Shown: positions 12,858-26,554 of the stretch, one piece after another
How positions within the stretch are numbered: position 1 is the stretch's first letter
Layout of the letters: each line of letters begins with the position of its first letter
From: Eledone cirrhosa
Taxonomy: Eukaryota
DNA length: 64,000 nt
Direction: 5' to 3'
NCBI GenBank assembly: GCA_964016885.1
Contig: OZ024741.1
Span: forward strand, 64,604,001 to 64,668,000
Made by a program: the position numbers and the translations under genes
Notes under the pieces: generated by a model
What the model was told of the DNA's origin: nothing
What the model saw: only the letters and a program-made list of their open reading frames with translations
The model's database searches: none

Positions 12858-13010
12858 AGCATAGTCAAATGGTTAAGGAGTTTTACTTTGCAATTATTTG
12901 GTCCCAGATTCGATCACACTTTGTGTCACTCGGGGCAAGTGTCATAGCTTTGAGTCAACTAATGCCTTGTAAGTGAAACTGGGTAGACAGAAAATGTTTG
13001 AAAGCCCATC
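12858..13010 (+). mobile_element. Degraded tRNA/CORE-type SINE (family C); related fragment on the minus strand at ~40825-40915
   Basis: A-box-like TAGTCAAATGG, B-box-like GATTCGATC, core GGGCAAGTGTC, tail GCCTTGTAAGTGAAACTGGGTAGACAG. Confidence 0.5.
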
Positions 13011-14085
13011 AGAAGAACAAGGAAGCGTTAGCTGCATAAGAATTACCAACCTATAAGATCAACCATAGAAATGGTTCATGTAACAAAAGGTAAATAAATA
13101 CACAAGAGGTTATAGCTTATATTTTCCTGAGAACATTTTATTAGGATATAATTTATCTTTGCAACTATCATAATGACAGTAAGTTTCCAGAGACAGTAGC
13201 TTGATTTGGTTCTGAGTTTGAGCTATTTCATTTCATGTTACTAATATTTTCAGGGAAGGGCATCAATACCACAACAACCATGGCCCCTCATTTCTAATTT
13301 CAAGACCTCATAAACAAGAGGGAGACATATCCATGCACTAATTAAGTATGGTCTAGAAATAGGTTTGCTCTTACAAAGAACCTTGCCAAGCTCCAATTTA
13401 AAAATAGATGAAAATATTTTCTAAGGAATGTCACAGAGCATATACATAAATACTCAAATAACCAGTTATTTCCCTTTGCATATAGATTGGTTTGTGAAAG
13501 GGGGAAGGAATTAGTTATAACATTATAATAATAATAATAATGAAATTATTGTGTACAGTGCTCAGGTGCACTACAACTCATCAAAGGTGCATGTATAGTA
13601 CATAGAATAATGTACAAATGTCAGGAAAATAAACAGTGTATGAGTCATGATATAATTAAATTAATGACAGGCAAAATAATAATCTCTGCATATTCTAGCA
13701 GATTGCCTACAATTAGGAAAGGCCTGGAAAAAATGAATAGAATGTATGTATGCATTTGCCTTCAGCATGGAACAAGCAAATCCAAAGACAAAACCTACTA
13801 TTAATAAATAACTATACCTTCAACAGCATAAAAGTAATTTTTGTCGATGAAGTCAACTAAATTGACATTAGCCATTTATCATTGCTAATTTAATTTTCTG
13901 ATAAATAAATTCAAAGTAGTTTTACATTTTACTATTCATCACAACAATATCAAACACAACTCATTTACTTGATCTAATGCTATTTGTTATAAGCAATGCT
14001 AATTAACAATTGTAGATAGAGCAAGGGTTTCTTTTTTGTTCTGTTTTGTTTTGATTTTTATTCAATAACCAAATATTGTCTAAAT

Positions 14086-14247
14086 CAGGGTTTTGCAAAT
14101 TTTTTCAAATGCAGAACCCTTTATGGTTCAGAAACTTTTGGGAGAACCGCAAAGTCTAATACTCTTATGGTCGTAATATAAATATACTCCTCTACCTTTT
14201 TTCACAAACCTCAGACACTCCTTTGCGAAACCCACTTTGAGAACCTG
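14086..14247. mobile_element. hAT (Charlie-type) MITE
   Basis: TIRs CAGGGTTTTGCAAA / TTTGAGAACCTG. 8-bp TSD gtctaaat / gtctagat matches the NTCTAGAN target preference. Confidence 0.75.
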
Positions 14248-16339
14248 GTCTAGATGATGCATGGTTGAACAATAACATACAATAGGTAGAAAAGGAGGTG
14301 AAAAGACCAACTGAATAAGGTATTGCACTCCCAGTTCAAATTTATTTAAGTTGTCCCATTGTGCATTTTTGTGCCTGACTCTAAAAAGTACATTATACTG
14401 ATTAATATGACAGATGTCAAGTATAAATATGAAAACTAAGAAATATCTGCAATAAACCTATCTCTGAAAAGAGAAAGATTAACATATTTGATACCAAGCT
14501 ATCTGAAAACGCCCTGGGATTTATGATTAAAAAAATATTTGTTAAAGTGCTTACATTTATCTAAAAAAACCTTCCATCATATTCTATGTAAAAACTTTAT
14601 TTAGTTATGTTCTTAACATCAGTTTAATGAAAAAGTTAGTTATTTTATTAAATCCTTCCAAATTCTTAATTTCGAAATTATTTGAATATTATAGACAGTA
14701 TCTTTCATTATAAATATAACAAAAAGGCTAACACTAGAGAGTCCAGAATTTAGCACAAACCTTCTTAGAAATCTGAGATTTCAAGGGAATATTTTAATAT
14801 TGGCAAATTTATTCTAATAGCAAAATGCCATTTTTGCCACTATCCTATCAGTAATGAAAGAATAGATAATGTAGTTAGCCAGACAGACTGAGGCAGAGTT
14901 ATGTGATTTACCAAAGAGTATGTTAAAATAACTACCTTGTTTTGTTGGATACTGGAGAGGAAGGGAGTTCCAATAGTTATGCAATATTTTCCTAAATTAC
15001 AATATCCTATGATTCTCAGGGGGTTGTGGAGATAACACTCAACTGAGCTAGTGTTACAAATATTAATTCTATAGTTTACAATAACATAATATACCATCTA
15101 GTTTGACATCAACATTCACTTATTAAAAAAAAACCTTTTTATACTAATCTGTCTGTAACCAGCCCTGGTTCTATGATACTGTCCATTTTCAAGTGTTCAT
15201 ACTTATATTAAAATTTTCCAACATAATTTTATCTAAAAAGTTTTTGTTAAGTAGTGTTCCAAAAGTTGTTTAATGAATACCTCCACAGGAAGTGTATTTC
15301 ATTAGAAATATGGTAACAAATCGATTAAAAGGAAAAACACTGTGTTTTCCAGACTAGCATTTATACATGTTTACATTGAACTGAATAGTATATTATGCAT
15401 TCAATCTTTTATAGATGGTAAACTTGATTAGCAATAAAACCTACTTTATTACTAAGTGTGAGATGTATGCATTATGCAGTTTGACACTGGTGCCAACATA
15501 AGACACATTGCTAAGAGACATATAGCAATGTCTCTGAAAGAGGATTTCAAACTAATAGATATGAAACAGAATAGCCACCTATCAGCCATCACATGTATAT
15601 TTATTTTTACAAGCAAATTTCAAATGACTATGAAGATCAATAGCTGTAAAAATAATAAACATAGATTTTTTGTATTGAACTATATATTTCAAAATTATTC
15701 TAACACAGTGTCTAATAAACACCAAAATGTTGGCATTTGACACCAAAATCAGTTCAAATTATCTGATAGCAATTTGGAATGACAAATTTTAGGAACAAAG
15801 AAATGAGGACTATCAAAAACATCTTGAGTGGTATCAAGCAATGATACACAACAGCAATAATTATGATGTGTTTCCATAAAATGTTTCAGAAATAATTGTT
15901 TCTACTTTTGGCACAAGGCCAGCAGTTATCCAGTGAATTACTGGTACTTTATTTTATCGACCCCTTAAGGATGAAAGGCAAAGTCAGAAATAATGAACAC
16001 ACAAATGAAAGTAATTGACAATAACAAAAGCTTTATCAACAAAAGAGAGGCTATGCAGTTCAACACCAGATCAGAGGAAATAATGGTGTAGTGAGTTAGA
16101 TGCACAAATTGTTGTGAACATTTGATTAACCACCTCCATATAGCAGGATAACAAGAACTGCTGCAGTAACCATAAACTCATACACTGACAATGTTAAAAC
16201 AGAAAATAACAGCGTTCCTTCTTCATATACATTGCCTCAAAACCTTACTTGACAATAACTCTATCACACTCTCACTTAGTAGTTGCATTAAGGAGACATG
16301 TTAATATGAACCTGTAACTCATGATAGAGTCAGAGGGGT

Positions 16340-16625
16340 GCTGTAGTGACATACAGCATGTCTTTGGTATTTTCAACATGGCAGAGCCCATCAACTCTCC
16401 AGGTCTGAACACAGCTGATTTCTTCCAGAGAAGGAGAGCAAGAATAACAGAAAGGAAATGAGAAAAAATTATAGAGAAAAAAATTAACTCCAGTGTTTAT
16501 TGACCTCGAAAGGATGACAGGCAAAATTGATCTTAGCAGGTTTTGGACTCAGAATGCAGGGAGCCGGAATGAATACCACAAAGCATTCTATCTGATGTTC
16601 TAATAACTCTGCTAATTAGCTGCCT
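16340..16625 (-). mobile_element. SINE family B, long-tail variant (also ~19025-19310 and ~35500-35772)
   Basis: Family-B head and body (CTGAGT.CAAA..GCC..TCATCCTT) joined to a shared distinct tail (plus strand TCTGAACACAGC..TTTCTTCCA). Confidence 0.65.
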
Positions 16626-16840
16626 ATATTAAGGGGATAAACAAGCAAAATGACCACAGCAGGAACAACAATATATTAACCATTCCGATGCTGCTATCAA
16701 CTACAAAGACCAAACAATAGCAATACAATAAAATAGAAGCCAAATATATAACTCAGCCAGCAAGACAAGAGACAAGAGCAGCAGTCCAAAACAAGAAGCC
16801 ATTTTAACCGTCTGGTTTAACTGGTGAAGACAATACTTAC

Positions 16841-16873
16841 TTGAGGTTCCAGACTCTCGGGTCTTGCTATTGG
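16841..16873 (-). CDS. SMARCD1: Candidate 33-nt cassette microexon ((A/T)NSKTRESGTS), phase 1/1
   Basis: Poly-U tract, CTTAAT branch-like site, UGC at -17..-15, acceptor tttgTAG, donor TCAA|GTAAGT, ~71-nt AG-free zone; open in phase 1. Confidence 0.7.
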
Positions 16874-17651
16874 CTACAAACAAATGGGCAGTTTCATTAA
16901 GGTAAAAAAAAAAAAAAAGAAAGGAAAACAAACCGACCATATACAACTTCATAAATGATTTTATCATATATATATATATTATTATTATTATTATTTACAT
17001 TATAATTAATTTCATATAGATCATAATGCAGTGACATAATGGCCTGCAATAATTTGCAGGGAATTTCCATTTGTCATTCAGCCAATAATTCTTCGTTCAT
17101 AGTAGATAATGAAATCCAAATCTTCAGTTTTTTACCAACAAATAAAACATTAGCAAATGTTACACAGAGAGACATAAGAATTGAAAATAAGCAGTTTTTA
17201 CAAACAACCAGTAGTGTTTTTACATCAATATTTTCCAATTCCAACAGGTAAAAAATAATATTAAATATTTTTTTTTAAAGAAACCATTTAGTTATTTATT
17301 AAACCTTGTTTTGAATTAGTACACAGACACAACTGACAGAAAACTGCACAGGAAAAAATAAAACAACAAAAGTGCAGGTAATTCTAACAGATACAAAGAA
17401 ACTGGAATCACCAAGATACACTGGCATGCAGTAACAACTCCCATTGTAGCTGCTCCCAAAAAATCCTTCCCTTCAACTACAAATCCATAATAACATGCCA
17501 AAGAGAAAAACGGAAATGTAAATATGAAAAACTAAATATTCAAAAAGATATATAGATATATATTAGTAAAATAATATTTAATTCAAAGTCCAGGCAATAT
17601 TTATAAAAAAGTTTTCACATTGAACAAAATAATTAAATACCCAGAAGCAAA

Positions 17652-17711
17652 AAAACAACCAAGCTAAAGACAAAATTTCATAAAACAACCAAGCTAAAGA
17701 CAAAATTTCAT
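17652..17711. repeat. 30-bp perfect tandem duplication
   Basis: aaaacaaccaagctaaagacaaaatttcat x2. Confidence 0.9.
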
Positions 17712-18258
17712 AATACTAAATAATCCCTCAAACAACATTTAAATATGTAAATAAAATATATATAAATATACACCAATACATATATAGATAGTTTAAGGTC
17801 TGGGTTATTATTACTATTATTAGTTTAAATCTTTTCATGATTTCAGTAAATTGTAAAAACTAGTGTCTTTTTATTTAGTCGAGAGACTTGTAAAGAAAAT
17901 ATATAACCTGCAAATGACCAAAGCTTGATCACTGTTTGAAATTTTATCTAATGAAGACAATAGAGTTTGCCTGAAATACTTGAAATATAGTATAAGAAAC
18001 AAGTATTAGTACAATTCCTAGAGTAAAACAAACCCTTAGAAGCTAAAAGACAAGTATATCTTAGTTTAAACTTTCAGAAAACAAGCTCTTGACTTTTCGG
18101 CAATAAATATCATGCTTATATAAAACCCTATTTATAGTCAACTTATGTCTGATTCAGACTGTTTTAGAAGAAAAAAACAAAAAAAAAATTTATTTCCTCT
18201 ATTAAAAATACAAATTACTATGATGTCATCCTGTCACTTACACAAAGATTAATTTTAA

Positions 18259-18380
18259 CTCTTAACATCCTGTACCACACGAAACCTCATACACAAAATG
18301 ATCTTGAAAAGTATAAATATTCAAATTAACAAACCTATTTTCAGACATTTTCTGCTAAATCATTACAGGGGGTTTAAGAG
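18259..18380. mobile_element. TTAA MITE family 3 (longer copies at ~1085-1275, 11245-11410, 41925-42152)
   Basis: TTAA flanks; TIR CTCTTAACATCCTGTA; shared internal gtaccacatgaaacc and ttttctgctaaat. Confidence 0.65.
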
Positions 18381-19953
18381 TTAAACAGGATAAAATATGA
18401 CAACCAAGAGGAATTGGAAAAATAAAAGCTGCCAAGAAAATATCTACATCAGGTAGAATTAGAATGTCCATATATAAAATCCTTTGAAAACAAAATGCCA
18501 ATTTTCAAGATGACCATCTAATGAAATAGCACTAATAAATATTTTGAGGAATATAGAAAAACCTAACAAATAGATACAGAAGTTGTAACTAATTTCAAAT
18601 TGGAAAATACTAAAGCTTCTTCAAACTGGAAACAAGAGTTGCAGTTGATCACATTCATGGAATACTGGCCAACCAGCTGAAGGGTTAATGGTCCACAACT
18701 TCTCATTATGAACTCTGGATCATTTGCAAAGAAACTAAACTTTAAATAAGCCTAATCTATTTCGCTGTAAATAAGTACAATGAAGTACTGTAGTTTACAG
18801 CTCTAATCAGCTGCAGTAACATTAATAATTCATAAGTTAATAAATAATTCACTGTAATAGTTCATTAGTTTCCACTGTCGAACTTAAATCCTCCAATAAT
18901 CCTTGGAAAAGACCATTTTCCTTATATCAACTCTTATATTACTACAGGATGAAATCTTCAGTGATTTCTCAATAATACAACTGATTGTGAAGTATCTATT
19001 GTATGTATGGACCAGTAACTCCTGATGTAGTCTTAGTGGCACCATATATAGCATGTCTTTGGCATTTTAAACCTGATGGAGTTCATCATCTCACTAGGTC
19101 TGAACACAGCCATTTTCTTCCAAAAAAAGGAGAAAGAGAGTGACAGAGAAAGAAATATAGAGGAAGAATCAACCCCAGTAATGGACTGGTACTTTTTTAA
19201 TTTACTTCAAAGGAATGAAAGACAAAGTTAACTTCTATGGGTTTTGAACTCAGAACACAGAGCCAGAATGACTTCTGCAAAAGCCTTCTATTCGACATTC
19301 TAATAACTGCCCACGAAGTGTTTATTACTGTATGCCAAAAAAAAAAAAAGAGAGTCTAATAACAAACTTATGACCAGAGAATACAGGAATAAATTGTCCT
19401 ACAGATATGTAACAAAAACTTCTAAACCAGTGAACAATAACCACCATTGTGCATAAACCTCAAATCAATCAGTACCAGCAAGTGAACTATTTCTGAAAGT
19501 CAGCGAAATATGCTTCAAAAGAAGCAAGTCCCAAGCAAAACAGCAAATTACCAAGATGTTAAAGATGGTATATGTATAGTTTTAGATTGTTTTTTAAGAC
19601 ACTGTAATTAACATAGAGTTAAATAAAATTCAGAAGTAGAATTGTTTCTTTTATGAGTTTATATTTCAGGTAGATTTCACCAGAAGTGATTTGAGTTTGT
19701 TAATTCAGTGACAGGATAATTCAACATTCAAATATATTATTTTATGAGAATATACAAGCCTACTTATTCACTTTTAGACTATAACTACAGTAATTCTATG
19801 GAAAGGTATTTTAAATATGTATTAGTCAAGTTTTCAATTCTTCAGTCTCATGTTCACATTTTATACACACGTGATTACATACATACACACACACATATAT
19901 ATATATATATAATATATATATAATATAATATATATATATATATATATAATATA

Positions 19954-19998
<45 letters not shown>

Positions 19999-20687
19999 TA
20001 TATAATATAATATATATAATATATATATCATCATCATCGTTTAACGTAAATATATATAATATAATATATATAATATATATATATAATATATATAATATAT
20101 ATATATATATATATAATATATATATATAATATATATATATATACACGTGTGTGTGTGTGTAAACTTCACTTGGGTTGCAAACCAAGAGATTTGAAACTCC
20201 ATCTCAATTCCTCAGACATACTACATGAGAATCACTAGCGAAGTTGCTAACAATCCAGAAAGTTACAGGGCCATGTAATAAACACATACACACACACAAA
20301 ATTTGGCAGGGAGGAGAGTAAAATGTAATGAATAAAATGAATAAATGGTATCCCTAAATAGAAAAGGGCAAAATATAAGATCACAAAAAAAACTGACATA
20401 TCAGACAGCAATACAACATCTACTTTTGTATTAAAACCTACAAGTATTTTTTATTATTTCACTATTTTTTTACTTATTGAATACTCAATAATTCAGGGAA
20501 TTTTTCACTGAATTTATTTTAGATTTTATTTTATTATATAATCTTAAATGTGCATCTTCAAAACCATCCCAGCCACAATGACAAAGGACAAAAGAAAAAT
20601 ATATAAAAAAACGTTATAGAAAACACACACATACATCATATATACACATATATACATTAAATATATACACACACATTTTTTATATAT

Positions 20688-20690
<3 letters not shown>

Positions 20691-20735
<45 letters not shown>
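20691..20735. repeat. (AC)22 microsatellite, read as (UG)22 in the pre-mRNA
   Basis: Direct reading; starts ~65 nt downstream of the 78-nt exon donor on the minus strand. Confidence 0.95.
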
Positions 20736-20740
<5 letters not shown>

Positions 20741-20800
20741 GTATAAGAAACCAATGCAGCACATGAAAGCAAGCATAACAGAAGAGGAAAGACAACTTAC

Positions 20801-20878
20801 TTGAAGTCTTGTGAGATGTAGAAGAGGAGGAAGAGGAGGAAGAAGAGGAAGAGGAGGAGGAGCAAGTACTACTAGAGG
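20801..20878 (-). CDS. SMARCD1: Candidate 78-nt poly-Ser cassette exon ((A)SSSTC-S14-TSHKTS), phase 1/1
   Basis: ~168-nt AG-free pyrimidine-rich region with branch-like CTTAAT, acceptor ctctgtTAG, donor TCAA|GTAAGT. Length divisible by 3 and open in the required phase. Confidence 0.6.
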
Positions 20879-22386
20879 CTAACAGAGGAGGGGGGAAGAA
20901 AGAGACGAAGAGAGAATGATTAAGAGTGTGGGAAGGAAAGAGAGAGTGAGAGCACAAGAGAGAAAAAAAGAGAGAAAGGGAACACAGAAAAAGAGAAAAA
21001 TAGGTATGTTAAAGTAAATAAATCACAATTTGTATGGTACATACGGTACTGACATATTATAGTATAGTGCATAGTAGTTACAGTGCATAGCAAAAGGAGT
21101 TAGTAGTAACAATAATTGTTTAAAGTTCGGTCAGATGTAATGATGTGGCTCAAAGAAAATTGGTTTGTCCACTGTTTCTCTTTCATTTTATTTAACCTTT
21201 TTGATACCAAACTGCCTCAAACGACTCCTGGGTCTACAGTATAAAACTGTTTATATTAACGTGTTTATATTCATCTAAGCATCTTACAATATAATTTTAT
21301 GTAAGAACCTTTATGTTATGTTATGTTCTGAACACCAGTTTAATAATTAGAAAGTTAGCCATTATACTAAATCCCTCTAAATTCTTGATTTTTCTCAAGA
21401 TCATTTGAAAATTGCCGGCAGTGACTTTCATTAAAATATGGTATCAAAAGCACAAGTTAACATTTTCTGGGGACTGGATATAGTTGATTCTATCAACCCT
21501 ATTTAATTTTCTGCCTTTCCCACATTCACACTCATAGGAATCAATAGCAATATTGGCCCTCAGCCTCATTTGATCTCAAAACCTAAAAGACCTGAAACTA
21601 TGGATTTTAATATATATATATATATATATAGTATTTAGTCCAGTGCTCTAAATAAATAAAGAATCGGCCAACAGTATCGCTTCCACTAACTGATCATATC
21701 ACTTGATATAATCAACCAGACCCACCCTGATAATATGTGGTCTGGTTCATATGTTAGATACCCTTATTTTAACATCAGCACTTGACTGGGATATATTTTA
21801 TATGTTGCAGAAGTTGATATCAGTGAGATCTGAACCAATAATACATTGTTCCTAGCACTCTGTTGATTCTACAATCCACCTCCCTAATATAATGATTTCT
21901 AATTTGGGCACAAGTCCAACAAATTGTGGAGAGGGGAAATCAATTAAACCAACCCCCTGAAAGAATGAAAGGTAACACTGATCATGGAATGTAAAGGGTC
22001 ATAACTAAATGCTGCAAAGTATTTTGTCCAACGCTCTAATGATTCTGCCAATCTACTGCCCTTCTCCCTAATATAATAATACTTTTAATACATAAAAATC
22101 TACAAAATTCGAGCTTATTCATAAAAAAATTCTAAAATGTTCTTATCTCAAAGCGTATCAGATCTATATACAAAGTCATCAAATGAACTTTGATACCTAT
22201 ATAAGCAAAAAAAATCACCAAGATCAACTACATATATGTGTGTGTGAGTGTATGTATGTATGCTATGTATGTATGTATGTATGTATGCTAAAAAGCCACA
22301 TTCGATCACAGCGCTGTTATATATATATATATGTATATTTTTATTGTTGTTATTATTATTATTATTATTGTTGTTATTAATATATA

Positions 22387-22436
<50 letters not shown>

Positions 22437-23997
22437 CTCGGGCAATGGCCATACTCGATAACGAGGGGGCAGCCATCATTATGTATGTATGTATGTATGT
22501 ATATGCACACACACACACACACACACACACACCAGTAGTAGCACTACCACTACTAAAAAGAAGAAAGAAAAAAACAAAATAACCTGATTAGTTATTTTCT
22601 TTTTTTCTTTCTTCTTTGAAAAAGAAAAACTTTAAACAAATATAGTATTCTTGAATAAAATAAATATTTAAAAAGAACTAACCAAGAGGGGAATAACTCT
22701 TATTACCTAGTATAATGCAAAGAATGAAGACAATACCCTGTAAAAACTAAATTATTTCTACTGGATTTTGTCTTATTTACATGATTACACAATGGCTGCT
22801 ATTGGAGGAATGAAAAAGAAAAATATAGCTCACACCTATGCAAGTCTAGCTGATCGCCAATGAGATTGCATCACAGAAGAGGTTTTAATGATAGAAGCCC
22901 CCAAAGCCTGATATGATATCCTGGTCTTCACATATTACTTTGGATACCTTGAAACTAGTTTCATCCAGTAATTTGCATATTTTATGCAAAACAAGAAGAA
23001 AAACCTCTAAGCATATCCAAATTTGGGAGAATGGGTAAACTGATTAAATCAATCCCAGTATTTCACTGCTACCTTATTTATCAACCCCAAAAGAATAAAA
23101 GGCAAAGTTGATCCTAGCGGGATTTCAATTCAGAAAGAACCAGTTCAAATGTTGCAATGGCATTTTATCCGATGCTCTAGTAATTCTACCTATCCACCAC
23201 CCTTTGAGCTCATATTACAAGAACTACATAATAATAATTATAATAGTGTAGCATCTTAACCTGATATATGCATAGTCTAATGATGATTATATATATAATT
23301 ATATACATATGTAAGTGTGTAAAGTGATGATGAAATGTAAATAACCCATCTACTACACTGTTTCTGTGAATTCTAAGTATCTTAGACACACATTGTATAT
23401 CCAAACTAATGAAATAGAACTCAACAGCAAAGCATGTTGTGATTAGTGTTACAATTAATAACTAGTCACAAAATAAACTTTCTGAATATAATTGTTTTTC
23501 CCTTCTACATTACATTTCCTGAATGCATAGCTTAATTGTAAAAGAAAATGTAAGAAAAATAATAAATCAACGTTTAATAAAGAAAGAAAATTTGTGTGTT
23601 AAATACCACTGCAACTTTATATCAAATTTAAACAGGTGAAATATAGGCTGATGTTTGGTGAGGAGGGCCTCAAAATTTGGATATAACTGATGAACTTGTA
23701 GTGACCTGATCAGTAAATTATATATCAACAGTTGCTTTCATGTTTTGAAAAGGATAATTCTTGTCTGTGTATCAAATCAAAATTAAATATTCTGCCATGT
23801 AAAATCGTTAATGGAAGAGCCTTAATTTTGTGGAATAAAATTGCTGGATTAATTCCACGAATATACAAGGTGTGTATTGAAAATGCAAATCGACACCTGT
23901 AAGTTTACTTTGCAATATGAACAAAAGTAAGCAAGAGAAGCCTGATTCAATTTCAGGTTCTGTAATTGTTCTCTCAAAAATAATTTTATTATATATA

Positions 23998-24289
23998 TCA
24001 TCATTATCACTATTTTATGTCCGTTTTTTCCCTGTTTGCAAGGGTGGGACGGGAACTGATTCTGGCTTGATTTCTACAGCTGGATGCCCTTCCTAACACC
24101 AACCTCATTTACAGTGGAATGATATGGACCCCAGTCCCTATCATCTCATTTCTACAGCTGAGTAAACTGGAGCAATGTGAAATAAAGTGTCTTGCTCAAG
24201 GAAACAACACATCACCTGGTCTGAGAGAATTGAACTCACAACCTTTCGATTGCAAAGCCAATGCTCTAACCACTAAGCCATGTGTCTCC
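23998..24289 (-). mobile_element. SINE family A copy lacking the internal ~48-bp unit
   Basis: Near-identical to 2981-3317 except for a deletion between TTTACAGTG direct repeats. Confidence 0.85.
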
Positions 24290-24332
24290 ATATATACATA
24301 AATATATTTATATATATATACATATAGACGCA

Positions 24333-24456
<124 letters not shown>

Positions 24457-24609
24457 GATTTGTGCTAAAAAGAAAAGTACTGATTTTCCTATGTACAACA
24501 TGGTAATGCACGACCTTGATGTATATAGGTGTGTTCGTTATGACCTTAGATTACTTGTTTCCACATGATCGATGAGTCAGGCATGAGTTATTACTGTTTA
24601 TGTACAGAC

Positions 24610-25392
24610 ATGTTTCAACGCAGGAAAATACACCAAACAGTACACAATCAAATTTTGTGAGAAACTCAACAAATCTGCCACCGAAACATTTAATTCTTTA
24701 ACACAAGCTTATGGAGATACCACTCTATTGAGGAGTAAGATTTTTAAGTGGCACAAAGCTTTCAAAGAGGGCTGAGAAAATGGTGAAGACAAACCTTGTT
24801 CTGGAAAACCAATCTCGTCAACAAATGAACAAAATGAGGAATTGTTGTGAGCAGTGATGTCAAAAGATCGGCAATAAAGTGTTAAGATGATTGCAGAAGA
24901 AACAGGTTTGGACAAAAATGCAATTCACATAAGTTTAACAAACCATTTGCACATGTGAAAAATTTGTGCAAAACTAGTGTCCGAACACTCATCTGTGAAA
25001 CAAAAAGCGAACAGGTTGGAAATTTGTCAGGATTTGCTAGAAAGACTCAAAATTGAACCAAATTTCTTATATAAAGTAATAACAGGAGATGAATGGGTAT
25101 TCAAGTACAATCCAGAAGCAAAACAACAAAGTGAGGAATGGCACACAAAAATTTTTCCTCATCTGAAGAAAGTACACATAAGCAGATCCAGTTTTTTCAA
25201 CAGCTAGAATTTTTACCTCCAGGACAGGTATTTAATGACACCTGCTACAAAGATGTCTTGGAATTGGTCCAGTGAGTCCAAAAGGACATTGCAGGAGATT
25301 GGGTACTGCATGACGATAATGTGCCTGTTTACACAGCACTTTCAATTAGAGAATTTCTGGCAAAGAAAATCATTCCCACTCTTCCACATCTC
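24610..25392 (+). pseudogene. Dead mariner-family transposase remnant
   Basis: IKFCEKLNKSATETF..QAYGD..IFKWHKAFKEG*E..SGKP (HTH), KICAKLV, VITGDEWVFKYNPE.KQQSEEW, WVLHDDNVPVYT..REFLAK. Multiple stops and deletions; truncated before the third catalytic Asp. Confidence 0.9.
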
Positions 25393-25515
25393 CAGCTGGT
25401 CTCATTTGGGCATCCAGCCGGATCAATTGGAGATGGTTGCTTCTGACAGGACCTGCTGGGAGGAGTGTTTGAGGACTCTACTCCCACGATCAGTGGGCAA
25501 AGAAGAAGGGATGAT
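25393..25515 (+). mobile_element. RTE-clade (Rex3/Expander-like) LINE extreme 3' fragment
   Basis: WSHLGIQPDQLEMVASDRTCWEECLRTLLPR resembles WERLGIPPEELEEVA.ER.VW..LL.LLPPR. Confidence 0.65.
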
Positions 25516-26333
25516 ACACCAATTCTCTAGACTGAATAGGATGAGGAAGCCCTGCATGTTATTCACCCTGCTGGAAATAGCAATTCATTCTCCTACAATC
25601 ACACCCTACTCTCTTCAAAAAATAAAGACACGGTGGATAATATATTCCAAGTTATACAAAAAAAATGGAATGATCATCACTTGAATGCCTTTGAATTTAA
25701 GACTGCTCAATCTAAAATAAATAGCTGAGACACCTATTTAATAAGTAAACTTCCAAGAAAGCTGTGTATATACCTCCCAATTATGTGAAATGAGCCTTGC
25801 AGAAAAGAAACATCACCAATGAAATTGAGTGCAAGTTTCGTAAATTATATGGAAAATTTACCAATTACATGAACATTTTGCCAGAGCATAATTTTGGGAT
25901 AGATAGTCTGAATTAAGATATTCATTCAGGCTCATATTGCTAAGAGATCATCACAATGTTCAACAGACTTGTAAAATATCGAATTTGTACCAAAATGTTT
26001 AGAAATGTTAGACTTTTATAATGAACTTACATGGATCATTAAAATGTTTCTCAGAAAATGAATGATTTAAAAAAATGTAGCAAATACCAACCCACCCGAA
26101 AAAGCCTGCATTTAAAATATTTAAATTTAAATTCAAACTTTGAACCAAAATCTCATTATTACATACCAGGTAATATTAGATTTCAGTAAAATATATTGCT
26201 TTTCTTATTAAATTGAAAGTTTAGTTTGTTTTTTTTTCACTAAACCTCTCATATTTGTTGATTATTTTGATAAGATTCTTGTTGGAAGTATGGATCTTGT
26301 TTTTGTTTAATATATAAAAGTCATACGTTTTAA

Positions 26334-26554
26334 CCCTTTAACATTTACATTACTCTATATATACTATTGTATTTTTGTGGTAAAGGCTTTATCTTACATA
26401 ATGATCTCACATGATATTGAATCTACTAGATTTTGGTGTTATTTATTTTGAGAACAATAACTTAATGTCAGTATGAGCGACCAGTTAAAGCCGGTTTGAA
26501 CAGAAAGCGGTGAGAGAATTCTGGCCGGATATGGCCAATTTAAATGCTAAAGGG
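26334..26554 (+). mobile_element. piggyBac-like MITE family 2
   Basis: TTAA TSD on both sides; TIR CCCTTTA(G/A)CATTTA. Copies at 38133-38340 (inverted) and 42453-42672. Confidence 0.85.

Noticed and set aside
17412-17480. Acceptor-like site followed by an open frame (EGKDFLGAATMGVVTACQ) containing TGCATG
   Set aside because: No convincing donor in a frame-preserving position; could be an intronic regulatory element but unsupported as an exon.
22531-22555. Strong pyrimidine tract and TAG before a (GT)n repeat
   Set aside because: Only weak GTGTGT donors, and the plausible lengths are not frame-preserving.
25235-25684. 149-aa ORF
   Set aside because: Chimeric read-through of out-of-frame mariner, an RTE fragment and unique DNA.
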